From positions 15,766 to 79,765 of the IMG/VR virus record IMGVR_UViG_2609460236_000001: 64,000 nt of DNA; one strand, written 5' to 3'. The notes under the pieces were generated by a model. The model made no database searches. It had not been told where the DNA came from and was given only the letters and a program-made list of their open reading frames with translations. The translations under genes were made by a program, and so were the position numbers. Below, one piece after another: positions 47,831 through 56,485 of this stretch (the first letter of the stretch is position 1; the number at the start of each line of letters is the position of its first letter). The DNA is from a virus. Taxonomy: Duplodnaviria > Caudoviricetes.

Positions 47831-50800
47831 ATGATGATTGTCGAAGAAGAATGCCCCCTCCAGAGCATCCGCGGTGCGAGCGGCGGTGGCTCCAGCTCGC
47901 CCACGCGAACGGACGACAACCTGTTTTCGAGAGACGTCGTCGAGATCGTCCTTGGTCTTTCTCAAGGCCCGATTCGAGGACTGGTCGACGGCATGAAGTC
48001 CTTCTCTGTCGGCGGGACGCCGCTCATGTCGCAGGACGGATCGCTGAACTTCAGTTCGTTCAACCTCGGCGTCAAGCTCGGCACCACGCATGACTCCGCA
48101 GTCAACTACGTCCTGGGCGGCGAAAGCTCGAACACCCAGGTCGGCACGCGTCTATTTCAAGGGACGTGGGTCAACCGCCAGACTGACCAAGCGCTGAAGG
48201 GAGTGATCGACCAACTGCAAGTACGGATGCAGTTCAATGTCCTCTACGTCCAAAACAACGACGGCTCTTTCAACAACACGGCACGCTTCCGAATCCAGTA
48301 TCGTCCGGCATCCAGCTACGCTGCGTGGTCAGAGGTTCAAGGTGGATTAATCAAGGTGACGGGTAAAACCACGAGCGGCTACATGGTCGACTACTCGTGG
48401 GACGTGCCTCGCATCAGCGACAACTGGGTGATTCGGGTACTGAAGGAGAACCCGGACGCCAGTACGACCGAATTTTGTGACCTCACCTGGGAAAGCTTCC
48501 AGATGGTCACGAAAGGGAACCGCTCGTACAACCAAGTCGCGCTCCTCCATCTGGTCGCCAAGGCGACGAGCCAGTTCAGCTCGATCCCGGACTTCTCAGG
48601 CATCTACGACGGGCTGGAGATCCTGGTTCCTACAAACTACAACGGTGACATGCACTCGTACGACGCGAGCGGCCCGTGGAATGGAACGTTCAAGCTCGCG
48701 TGGACGAACAACCCGGCGTGGATTCTGTACAACCTCATCATGAATCCCACATGGGGTCTCGCGAAGTATTACCCCTGGATCACCTGCAACCGATTCGACT
48801 TCTACGACGCGGGGCGCTGGTGTGATGAGATGGTCCCCGACGGCATCGGGGGCTGGCAACCGCGCTACACCTTCAACCTCGTCCTGACCGACCAGCAGAC
48901 TGGCCTCGACATGTTGAAGTATGTCGCCGGCAGCTTTGGCGCGGTCATCTTCGACGACGCCACCGGCATGGTTCACCTGCGTGTCGACAAGTGGGAAGAA
49001 CCTACCTTGATGTTCACGCCCGAGAACGTGACGCCCGAAGGCTTCAGCTATACGTTCACGGATATGTCGACGCGCTACAACGACTACGAGGTTCAGTTTG
49101 TCAACCCTGACATCGACTGGAACGTCGACCATCGGCGCGTCCCGTACGAAGAGCACATCGCGCTCAACGGCAGCATTCCGTACCAGTTTCAGGCGATCGG
49201 CTGCACGAACGAGCACGAAGCTGTTCGTCGCGCCACCTATCAGCTGATCACGTCGACCACCGAGTGTGCCACGGTGTCATTCATGACCGCGCGCCTCGGC
49301 CGCGTCATCGACCCGTACAAGCCGATCTACGTCGCAGACCCGATCACCGGCTGGTCGTCCGGTGGTCGCATCAAGTCCATCTTCAACAACAAGATCTATC
49401 TGCGAGATCCGATCTACTTCACGATCAACCAGAACTACAACCTGCGACTTCAGTCCGTCGATGGATTGTGGAACCTCGTTGTGAACCCTGGCAAGACCGG
49501 AGCCGCAACCGAGCTGACGATCGTGAGTGGCGTCACTCCGCCGAACATTCCGGATCGCACCGTCTTCACGATTGAAGACAACGGCGGATTCGGCATCGCG
49601 AAGCCATTCCGTCCGATCGCGATCGAGCCAGTTGACAATCAACCTGACACCTACAAGGTTACAGCTGTCGAAGTCAACGTCAACAAGCAGGCCGCAGCGG
49701 ACAACTGCGTGCCGATCGGCAGCAAGCAATATTCGTTTAAGAACCCGCTGATCCCTCCTCCGCCGACGAACATGGTCATGGCTTCCGGGACGGAGCAACT
49801 GATCATCGGTCAGGACGGTTCGATTCAGGCGCGCATCCTCGTGTCTTGGGACCCACCTGCAAACGCGATCGTCAAGCGCTACGACGTGCAGTGGAAGGAA
49901 AGTTCACAGTCGACATGGCTCACCGCAAGCACGACGGGTGAAAGCCTATTCCTTGGTCCTTGTAAGAGCGGCGTTGATTACGACATCACCGTGTGGGCAA
50001 TCAGCACGTTCGACTACCGCAGTTCGCAGCTTTCTGCATGGAACTACCGATGCGTCGGCAAGGATGACCCGCCGAGCAACGTGACGAACTTTAACGTCAT
50101 ACGCCGTCAGAACGACATTCTGCTGAAGTGGGACCCGATCCCCGATCTCGACCGCGCCGGTTACGAGATTCGCCTTGGCACGTCGTGGGAAACTGGAACG
50201 GTTCTCGTGACTGACTACGCAGCGACGCAGTTCGCATGGACGACGGATACCGGAGGGGCATACTCGTTCATGATCCGCGGGATCGATACGAGCCATAACT
50301 TCTCGCCGATCCCGACGATCCAGACTATCGCGTTATATGGCCCGTCCTCAGTACGTGGCGTCATTGCTGTTCAGTCGTCGAACCGGATCGAGATGAGCTG
50401 GAAACCGAACCCGGAAGACAATATTCTCGACTACGAGATCCGTGAGGGTGACTCGTGGGCGACCGCAGTGTTCGTTGCGAAGACGAAATCTACAAGCTTC
50501 GGTTTTACGGCCGGCGCAGGTGGTACGCGCAAGTTTTGGCTGAAGTCAATTGCCGCCCCTGGCATCTACTCGGACAAGGCAACCTTCGTCACTACCGACG
50601 TCGCTCAACTCGACAACACCAACATCGTGTACGAGTCGGACGAACTGTCGAAAGGCTTCACCGGCATGCGGTACAACATGGTTGTCTACGGCGACTCTTT
50701 GCGAATGGACGATGGAAAGGCGAAGGCAGAGTACATCTTCAGCGTGTCGCTCCCGACGAGCTTCCGTGCGCAGAATACGCTCTTCATCGGTCTCGACGCG

Positions 50801-51439
50801 ATCGTCGACTTCACCATGCGGTGGAACGACGCAACCTTCCCGTGGGACGACGCCAGAGCGCAGATGCCGTGGGCCGCAGCGGGTGACATCTCGTCGATCA
50901 ACTACCGTGCCGAGATTGCCACGCTCACTGCATTACCGCCTGACGTGCTTTATGCGATCAAACTCGACAATACGCTCGGATTCTCCGGCCCCGGTGAGGA
51001 CGGATCGGTCACCGAGCAGCAGACGGTTAGCTACCGCGCTGGCAAGTATGGCTCGGGGCTTTTCGTGCAGACTGCGCCGCTTCAACCGGTGCCGACTCGC
51101 GTGACGTTCGACGCTAATATTCCGAACGTGTTCTCGACTAGCTTTTGGGTCATTCCATACGACGACAACGACGATACCTGGTCCAGCTTCTGCGGACGGA
51201 ACGGCGCGCAAATCACGATCGGCTATCAAGCGTCCACGATGAGTGTCTATGCGATCGACAACAACGGTAAGAAGATCTCCGTCCCGATCGATCTGGAAGT
51301 AGGCGAACGCTACTTCGTCGCTATTTCTCAGGATACAAACAAGCGCACGTTGTACGTCGGCCGAGAAGGCGGATCGGTATTCCGAGGGACCCTCGATGTC
51401 CAGGGTATCGGACAAACCATCAACTACAGTTTGTACTGA
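47831..51439 (+). CDS. tail tip / host specificity protein (lambda gpJ-like) with FN3 repeats
   Basis: LSQGPIRGLV, WNGTFKLAWTNNPAWILY, PRYTFN; FN3-like repeats. Confidence 0.9.
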   Translation: MMIVEEECPLQSIRGASGGGSSSPTRTDDNLFSRDVVEIVLGLSQGPIRGLVDGMKSFSVGGTPLMSQDGSLNFSSFNLGVKLGTTHDSAVNYVLGGESSNTQVGTRLFQGTWVNRQTDQALKGVIDQLQVRMQFNVLYVQNNDGSFNNTARFRIQYRPASSYAAWSEVQGGLIKVTGKTTSGYMVDYSWDVPRISDNWVIRVLKENPDASTTEFCDLTWESFQMVTKGNRSYNQVALLHLVAKATSQFSSIPDFSGIYDGLEILVPTNYNGDMHSYDASGPWNGTFKLAWTNNPAWILYNLIMNPTWGLAKYYPWITCNRFDFYDAGRWCDEMVPDGIGGWQPRYTFNLVLTDQQTGLDMLKYVAGSFGAVIFDDATGMVHLRVDKWEEPTLMFTPENVTPEGFSYTFTDMSTRYNDYEVQFVNPDIDWNVDHRRVPYEEHIALNGSIPYQFQAIGCTNEHEAVRRATYQLITSTTECATVSFMTARLGRVIDPYKPIYVADPITGWSSGGRIKSIFNNKIYLRDPIYFTINQNYNLRLQSVDGLWNLVVNPGKTGAATELTIVSGVTPPNIPDRTVFTIEDNGGFGIAKPFRPIAIEPVDNQPDTYKVTAVEVNVNKQAAADNCVPIGSKQYSFKNPLIPPPPTNMVMASGTEQLIIGQDGSIQARILVSWDPPANAIVKRYDVQWKESSQSTWLTASTTGESLFLGPCKSGVDYDITVWAISTFDYRSSQLSAWNYRCVGKDDPPSNVTNFNVIRRQNDILLKWDPIPDLDRAGYEIRLGTSWETGTVLVTDYAATQFAWTTDTGGAYSFMIRGIDTSHNFSPIPTIQTIALYGPSSVRGVIAVQSSNRIEMSWKPNPEDNILDYEIREGDSWATAVFVAKTKSTSFGFTAGAGGTRKFWLKSIAAPGIYSDKATFVTTDVAQLDNTNIVYESDELSKGFTGMRYNMVVYGDSLRMDDGKAKAEYIFSVSLPTSFRAQNTLFIGLDAIVDFTMRWNDATFPWDDARAQMPWAAAGDISSINYRAEIATLTALPPDVLYAIKLDNTLGFSGPGEDGSVTEQQTVSYRAGKYGSGLFVQTAPLQPVPTRVTFDANIPNVFSTSFWVIPYDDNDDTWSSFCGRNGAQITIGYQASTMSVYAIDNNGKKISVPIDLEVGERYFVAISQDTNKRTLYVGREGGSVFRGTLDVQGIGQTINYSLY

Positions 51440-51440
51440 T

Positions 51441-51902
51441 ATGGCACACGTAATTTCCGATATCACCATCTCGAAGAAGGTGCTCGACGACAACGGTTTC
51501 CTCGCACTGCTCACGTCAGACAGCCCGACTGGCTATGCGCCATTTCAACCGTTCGTGCAGGGTGACTACGAGTATCAGACTGCCCTCTTTCGCATCTCTA
51601 TGAACTCAACTTCCGGCGACCGTGGGGTGATCAACAAATTGAGCGTTGTCGTCGACGTTCCCGATATGTTCGACAGCGGCGACAACATCATCGACGGGAC
51701 GACACCGACGCGAATCTTCTTCACGCGTCCATTCCACGTCGCACCGAAGGTGACCCTGACCGTGCAAAGCGCGAGCGACCCATGCACCGCGAAACTTGTC
51801 GCTGGCTCGGTCACGCGCACGTATTTCGACTGCTTCCTTGAAAGGGCTTCCGATAAGGCGAAGATCGACGGCGCTTTGACATGGGCCGCTCACGCATACT
51901 GA
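51441..51902 (+). CDS. tail tip-associated protein
   Basis: FTRPFHVAPKVT, WAAHAY resemble a gpJ C-terminal segment. Confidence 0.65.
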   Translation: MAHVISDITISKKVLDDNGFLALLTSDSPTGYAPFQPFVQGDYEYQTALFRISMNSTSGDRGVINKLSVVVDVPDMFDSGDNIIDGTTPTRIFFTRPFHVAPKVTLTVQSASDPCTAKLVAGSVTRTYFDCFLERASDKAKIDGALTWAAHAY

Positions 51903-51937
51903 AATCCCTTGGGTGCTCTGGCCAGCGCTCGTAAAAT
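51901..51937 (+). promoter_or_regulatory. sigma70-like promoter TTGGGT-N17-TAAAAT for the fibre/rSAM unit
   Basis: intergenic, 27 nt before ATG 51964. Confidence 0.55.
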
Positions 51938-51963
51938 TCGTCTTGCTAACGGACACCACCACG

Positions 51964-53442
51964 ATGCAGAACTACACACAGATTCCCGACAGCCAGCGGG
52001 TCTCCGACTCGCTCGCGCCGCTGCTCAACAACGACCTCACGGCGATCTCGCGTAACTCTGGCGACTCCTTTCCGATCACTGGACTCCAGATCGGTATGCC
52101 GTACCTCAGCACGTCGCAGAACAAGCTCTTCCGGCTTACGAGCCTGACGCCGGTCACATGGGTGGTCGAAATCGACTACAACCGCTCGATCGCATATCAG
52201 GACAACCTCGATCAGGTTGCGGCTTCCGCAAACAGCCGCGTCCTCAAAAGCGGCGACAATATGACCGGCCCGCTCACGCTCTCGGGAGATCCGTCTCAAG
52301 CACTGCACGCCACGCCGAAGCGGTACGTTGACGCTCAGGCGCAGGCTGCAACCACCGCAGCGAACAACCGCGTGTTGCGCTCGGGCGACCAGATGACCGG
52401 CCCGCTCACGCTCTCGGGCGACCCGTCACAGCCCTACCACGCCGCGACGAAGAACTACGCCGACTACCTCTACAACTCACTGAACAACGCCAAGCTCGGT
52501 CGCAACGGCGACACCGTGTCCGAGCTGTACAACAACGGCTGGTTCCGTTCGAACGGACAGGTCGGCTGGTACAACCAGACGTACGGTGGCGGCATCCACA
52601 TGACCGACACCAGCTATGTCCGCGTATATGGCGGCAAGGGCTTTGCGACCGACACGCATACGCTCGAACAGGGCACGGGCGGGATCTGGACATCGCGCTA
52701 TGGCTGGTTGGAGAACTACTTCGCCGGAAAGGGTGCGGAAGACCGTCTCAATTCGGTTGGCACGACCGATGGCGGCGACGGATGGCACCCCGGAGGCTGG
52801 CCGTGGATCCCAAACGGCGTGATTGCACCACAGTCCTTCTACCTCCAGCGCTCGGGAAATCAAGTCCAGCTCGTGCGCGTTTGGGGCAACTGCAACTGCA
52901 ACTGCGCATGCACGTGCTTCCCGGCCGGCACTCGAATCATGATGGCTGACGGGAGCTGGAAGTACGTCGAGCAGATCCAGATTGGCGACATCGTCATGAC
53001 ACCGCTTGGGCCGGAAGCCGTGCTCGACGTCGAGACCCCACTGCTGGGCGATCGGAAGATGATTTCGTTCGAAGATCGTTCATTCTTCTGGACCGATGAT
53101 CACGCATTCTGGACGCGTCGCGACGGCGTGCAGTCGTTCGGCGTAGTAGACAAACAGTCGTGGTTGCGTGGCGTCGAACTGGGTGTAGTAAAAGGCCTGC
53201 CGAACAATGATGACGTTCGCGTTCTGGACGACCGCTGGGATGAATTCGCCCACATCGACGGCTGGCAACGCAAGCGCGTGATGAAACACGACATGAACCG
53301 CAATACGAAGGTCTATCTGCCGATCGTCGGTGGATGCCACATGATCATCGCCGAAGGTTATGTTGTCTCGGCCGGCGCGAATGGGTATGACTTCGATTAC
53401 AACACCTTCGAATGGAAAGGACTCAGCCATGCTGGTGCATAA
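51964..53442 (+). CDS. tail fibre with Cys-rich segment and C-terminal Hint (intein-like) autoprocessing domain
   Basis: 2x GD.MTGPLTLSGDP...HA..K.Y.D fibre repeats; GWFRSNG..GWYN.TYGGGI.M.D adhesin motif; NCNCNCACT then CFPAGTRIMMADG (Hint block A, Cys at 52915), TDDH (block B). Confidence 0.88.
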   Translation: MQNYTQIPDSQRVSDSLAPLLNNDLTAISRNSGDSFPITGLQIGMPYLSTSQNKLFRLTSLTPVTWVVEIDYNRSIAYQDNLDQVAASANSRVLKSGDNMTGPLTLSGDPSQALHATPKRYVDAQAQAATTAANNRVLRSGDQMTGPLTLSGDPSQPYHAATKNYADYLYNSLNNAKLGRNGDTVSELYNNGWFRSNGQVGWYNQTYGGGIHMTDTSYVRVYGGKGFATDTHTLEQGTGGIWTSRYGWLENYFAGKGAEDRLNSVGTTDGGDGWHPGGWPWIPNGVIAPQSFYLQRSGNQVQLVRVWGNCNCNCACTCFPAGTRIMMADGSWKYVEQIQIGDIVMTPLGPEAVLDVETPLLGDRKMISFEDRSFFWTDDHAFWTRRDGVQSFGVVDKQSWLRGVELGVVKGLPNNDDVRVLDDRWDEFAHIDGWQRKRVMKHDMNRNTKVYLPIVGGCHMIIAEGYVVSAGANGYDFDYNTFEWKGLSHAGA

Positions 53443-54139
53443 AGCCCTCATCCCCGACGACTTGACTGAAGACCAGCGCGCTCAAGCTTACGGCATCGCC
53501 ACGGTCATCCCTACCCCAACTGGCTTCACGATGCAGTCGACGGACCTGAGCCTGTACTGGCAGTTCGACTTGACCAAGGTCGATCATGGCAATGACGTCC
53601 TGCATCTCGTCCGTACCCGAAATGGGCAGTACACCATCGTGTGGGGCAGCGACATCCACGAGTCGAAGGACAGCATGTCGTCTGCCCTGCTCCGCAAGAA
53701 CATCGACTCGTTCATGCCGATCGTGCTCATCGGCATCAACGAGGCGAAGGACGACTACACTGCGGTCTTCTTCTGCTTCACCATCGAGCCAGCCAACCCG
53801 ACCCCGTACATCGACACGACGGATGAAGGCGGTGACATGGTCCTCAAGCGGCTCATGCCAACGATTGCACCGATCATCGACCGCTGGCATGCGAAGCACA
53901 AGCTGCTGAAGAACATCAAGACGAATGACGCACTCGCCGCGCTCGAAGCACAGGTAGACCTGCTCACGGAGTTGCTGTTCACCATCCTGCCGGCCGGCGC
54001 GTTTCCATCTGATAAACGGCAGAAACTCCTTGACGCTGGTGTGCTGAAAATGAAGGATGGGGACCTCGCCTTCAACGACATGGTCGCCTTCAAGACGGCG
54101 CTCCGCGCGCTTCAGGCGACGTATCTAGCCACCAGATGA
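53429..54139 (+). CDS. hypothetical protein coupled between fibre and radical SAM gene
   Basis: start MLVHK overlaps the fibre stop; ATGA overlap with rSAM. Confidence 0.7.
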   Translation: MLVHKALIPDDLTEDQRAQAYGIATVIPTPTGFTMQSTDLSLYWQFDLTKVDHGNDVLHLVRTRNGQYTIVWGSDIHESKDSMSSALLRKNIDSFMPIVLIGINEAKDDYTAVFFCFTIEPANPTPYIDTTDEGGDMVLKRLMPTIAPIIDRWHAKHKLLKNIKTNDALAALEAQVDLLTELLFTILPAGAFPSDKRQKLLDAGVLKMKDGDLAFNDMVAFKTALRALQATYLATR

Positions 54140-55488
54140 CCACCTTTCGCCTGAAGACGGTCGACGCCTCTGGCGTCGGCCGCGACTTTTTTTACAACAA
54201 CCAGCGCAGCACCCTCACCGACGACCGCGGACTCGACGTGGTGACCGAACGTCCGAGCGAGCCACGCGCGCCGGCCGCGCACCCTGGCCACAAAGACCGC
54301 GTCATTCGCACGCTGAAGGTCCAGCTGGGCCTCTCGTGCAACTACAGCTGCGACTACTGCTCGCAACGATTCGTACCGCACGCGGACCAGACCAACCCCG
54401 GCGACGTCGACGTGTTCATGTCCCGCCTCATGGCGAACTGCTATCTCACCGAGGACGCGACGGTCGAGTTTTGGGGTGGCGAACCGATGGTGTACTGGAA
54501 GACGCTCAAACCGCTCGCAGAGAGGCTGCGGATGCGTTACCCCGGCATCACCCTTCGGATGATCACGAACGGCTCCCTGATCGACCACATGAAGGCCGGA
54601 TGGCTCATTTCGATGGGGTTCACGATCGGCATCTCGCACGACGGACCAGGGCAGAAGGCACGCGGTCAAGACCCCCTCGATAACCCCTTGACGCGCGAAG
54701 CGATCCTCATGCTGTACCAGCGGCTGCGTCCACTGAACCGGATCTCTTTCAACGCGATGCTGCATAGGGACAGCACGTCGCGGCGCGCGGTGCGCGACTA
54801 CTTCATCAAGCTGACGGGCGACACCGACGTGCCGATCGGCGAAGGCATGTTCGTCGACGCGTACGACGAAGGTGGCCGCTCGATGTCGTTTCACGACGCG
54901 CACGAGCATGTCCGCTACCGCGCTCGCGCCTTCGACGAGCTGAAGAGCGGTAATGCGCTCAACTTCGACAGCGTCACGCAGAAGATCGTGGACTTCGGCG
55001 AGTCTGTGGTCACTCGGCGTGAAGCACGCACGCTCGGTCAGAAGTGCGGCAGCGACCGCGCTGACACGCTGACGATGGATCTGAAAGGCAACGTGCTGAC
55101 GTGTCAGAACGTGTCGGCAGTAGCGGTAGCGCCGAACGGCCAGCCCCATCTCGCCGGCAACGTGCAAGACATGAACGCAGTTCAGCTCAAGTCCTCGCGC
55201 CACTGGTCGACGCGAGAGCACTGCAACGCGTGCCCCGTACTTCAGCTCTGCAAGGGCAGCTGCATGTTTCTCGAAGGAGACTTGTGGGATGTCACCTGCG
55301 AGAGTGCATACAGCGACAACGTCGTATTCCTTGCCACGGCGCTCTATGAGCTGACTGGCTGCACCCTTCAGCGTATCGAGCCGTTGACCGGCACGCTGCC
55401 TGAGCATCGCCAGATCGTCTTCGGACCTCTGGCCAACAAGCGGACCACCACCCGCAAAATCATTCAGATCAAAACGGAAACGCCATGA
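54136..55488 (+). CDS. radical SAM enzyme with SPASM domain
   Basis: CNYSCDYC (54337-54360), FWGGEP, TNGSL, ISHDG; C-terminal KCG...GNVLTC...CNACPVLQLCKGSC...C. Confidence 0.93.
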   Translation: MTTFRLKTVDASGVGRDFFYNNQRSTLTDDRGLDVVTERPSEPRAPAAHPGHKDRVIRTLKVQLGLSCNYSCDYCSQRFVPHADQTNPGDVDVFMSRLMANCYLTEDATVEFWGGEPMVYWKTLKPLAERLRMRYPGITLRMITNGSLIDHMKAGWLISMGFTIGISHDGPGQKARGQDPLDNPLTREAILMLYQRLRPLNRISFNAMLHRDSTSRRAVRDYFIKLTGDTDVPIGEGMFVDAYDEGGRSMSFHDAHEHVRYRARAFDELKSGNALNFDSVTQKIVDFGESVVTRREARTLGQKCGSDRADTLTMDLKGNVLTCQNVSAVAVAPNGQPHLAGNVQDMNAVQLKSSRHWSTREHCNACPVLQLCKGSCMFLEGDLWDVTCESAYSDNVVFLATALYELTGCTLQRIEPLTGTLPEHRQIVFGPLANKRTTTRKIIQIKTETP

Positions 55489-55826
55489 ACGATCAACAAA
55501 CCACTCCCCTGATGAACGAAGGCCAGATGATGCACCACGTGCTGACGCTACAGCGCAACGAGCTGGCCGATCGCCTCGCTCACGCAAGCGTCGCAGCTGG
55601 TCAAGCTGAGCAACAAGTGCAAGCACTGGCCACGGCGAATGCAACCATGCAATCTGCGCTCGACGAGGCGAACGCTGCACTCGAAGCGACGAAGAGTGCG
55701 CTGGTCGCGAGCCAGTCGCGCGCTGACCAGCTTCAGAAGAACCTCGACGACGCCAACCGGAAGCTTGCTGCGCAGCAGCGACCGATTGAAGGCGCGCCCA
55801 CGTCGGTTGATCCGATACCCGCATAA
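55485..55826 (+). CDS. coiled-coil protein
   Basis: A/Q-rich heptads; ATGA overlap with rSAM. Confidence 0.7.
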   Translation: MNDQQTTPLMNEGQMMHHVLTLQRNELADRLAHASVAAGQAEQQVQALATANATMQSALDEANAALEATKSALVASQSRADQLQKNLDDANRKLAAQQRPIEGAPTSVDPIPA

Positions 55827-55842
55827 GCACGCGAATAGGTGC

Positions 55843-55867
55843 TAAGTGAACCAATTAGGTTCACTTA
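55843..55867. promoter_or_regulatory. perfect inverted repeat TAAGTGAACC-N5-GGTTCACTTA upstream of lysis promoter
   Basis: direct reading; followed by AAAACTCT TTGTGT-N18-TAAAAT (55889-55918). Confidence 0.6.
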
Positions 55868-55951
55868 TCATTTCCTGTGCAAAACTCTTTGTGTCTGCGT
55901 AAACCCCAACCTTAAAATTCTCGGCACTCACCACCACCACACGAGTCCGAG

Positions 55952-56485
55952 ATGTCTATTACGTCCGACCAGCTTCGGAAGATCTGGACGCACGCACCGA
56001 TTGACAGATGCGCTACGTACGCACCCCTGCTCTCGGACGCGATGGCGAAGTTCGAGATCGATACGCCGGAAGAGATCGTCGAGTTCCTGGCTCAGATCTC
56101 GCACGAGTCAGCCGAGGGGCGCTACACGCTGGAGATCGCCAGCGGACAGGCATACGAGGGACGCAAGGACCTCGGCAACACGCAACCGGGCGACGGCGTC
56201 CGCTACAAGGGCCGTGGCCTCATCCAATGCACCGGTCGGACCAACTACCTGCTGATGGGTGTGCTGCTTGATCTTGACCTGATCGCGCACCCGGAGCTGC
56301 TTGAGCAACCGCAGTACGCGTGCCTCAGCGCCGCCGCCTTCTGGTGGAACCACAAGCTCGACAACCTCGCGCTGAAGAAAGACTTCATTGCGGTCACGAA
56401 GGTCATCAACGGCGGCACGAACGGTCTCGCGGATCGTCAGGCGTATCTCGTGCTCGCACGAAAGGTAATTCCGGGAGCCGCCTAA
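55952..56485 (+). CDS. endolysin, glycoside hydrolase family 19
   Basis: FLAQISHES, YKGRGLIQ.TGR.NY, TKVINGG.NGLADR. Confidence 0.92.
   Translation: MSITSDQLRKIWTHAPIDRCATYAPLLSDAMAKFEIDTPEEIVEFLAQISHESAEGRYTLEIASGQAYEGRKDLGNTQPGDGVRYKGRGLIQCTGRTNYLLMGVLLDLDLIAHPELLEQPQYACLSAAAFWWNHKLDNLALKKDFIAVTKVINGGTNGLADRQAYLVLARKVIPGAA

Noticed and set aside
52261-52418. 26-bp identical repeat in the fibre as DGR template/variable repeat or shufflon site
   Set aside because: In-frame 44-aa structural repeat; no reverse transcriptase or invertase in the window and no adenine-specific differences
52915-53442. Canonical splicing intein or mobile element
   Set aside because: No terminal His-Asn plus nucleophile, no endonuclease, and it sits at the protein C-terminus; treated as a cleavage-type Hint domain
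54136-55488. rSAM as QueE (7-deazaguanine DNA modification) or NrdG activase
   Set aside because: Has a full SPASM domain and lies in the tail region; no folE/queC/queD/dpdA or nrdD in the window
54112-55854. 580-aa minus-strand ORF (and similar long antisense ORFs such as 57589..59052, 30324..31217, 28595..29491)
   Set aside because: Shadow frames of GC-rich genes with clear motifs on the opposite strand; no recognisable domains
1568-55941. GTGGTGG runs as Chi-like recombination sites
   Set aside because: Orientation flips with transcription and copies cluster at starts and hairpin loops, which fits an RNA signal better; not formally excluded
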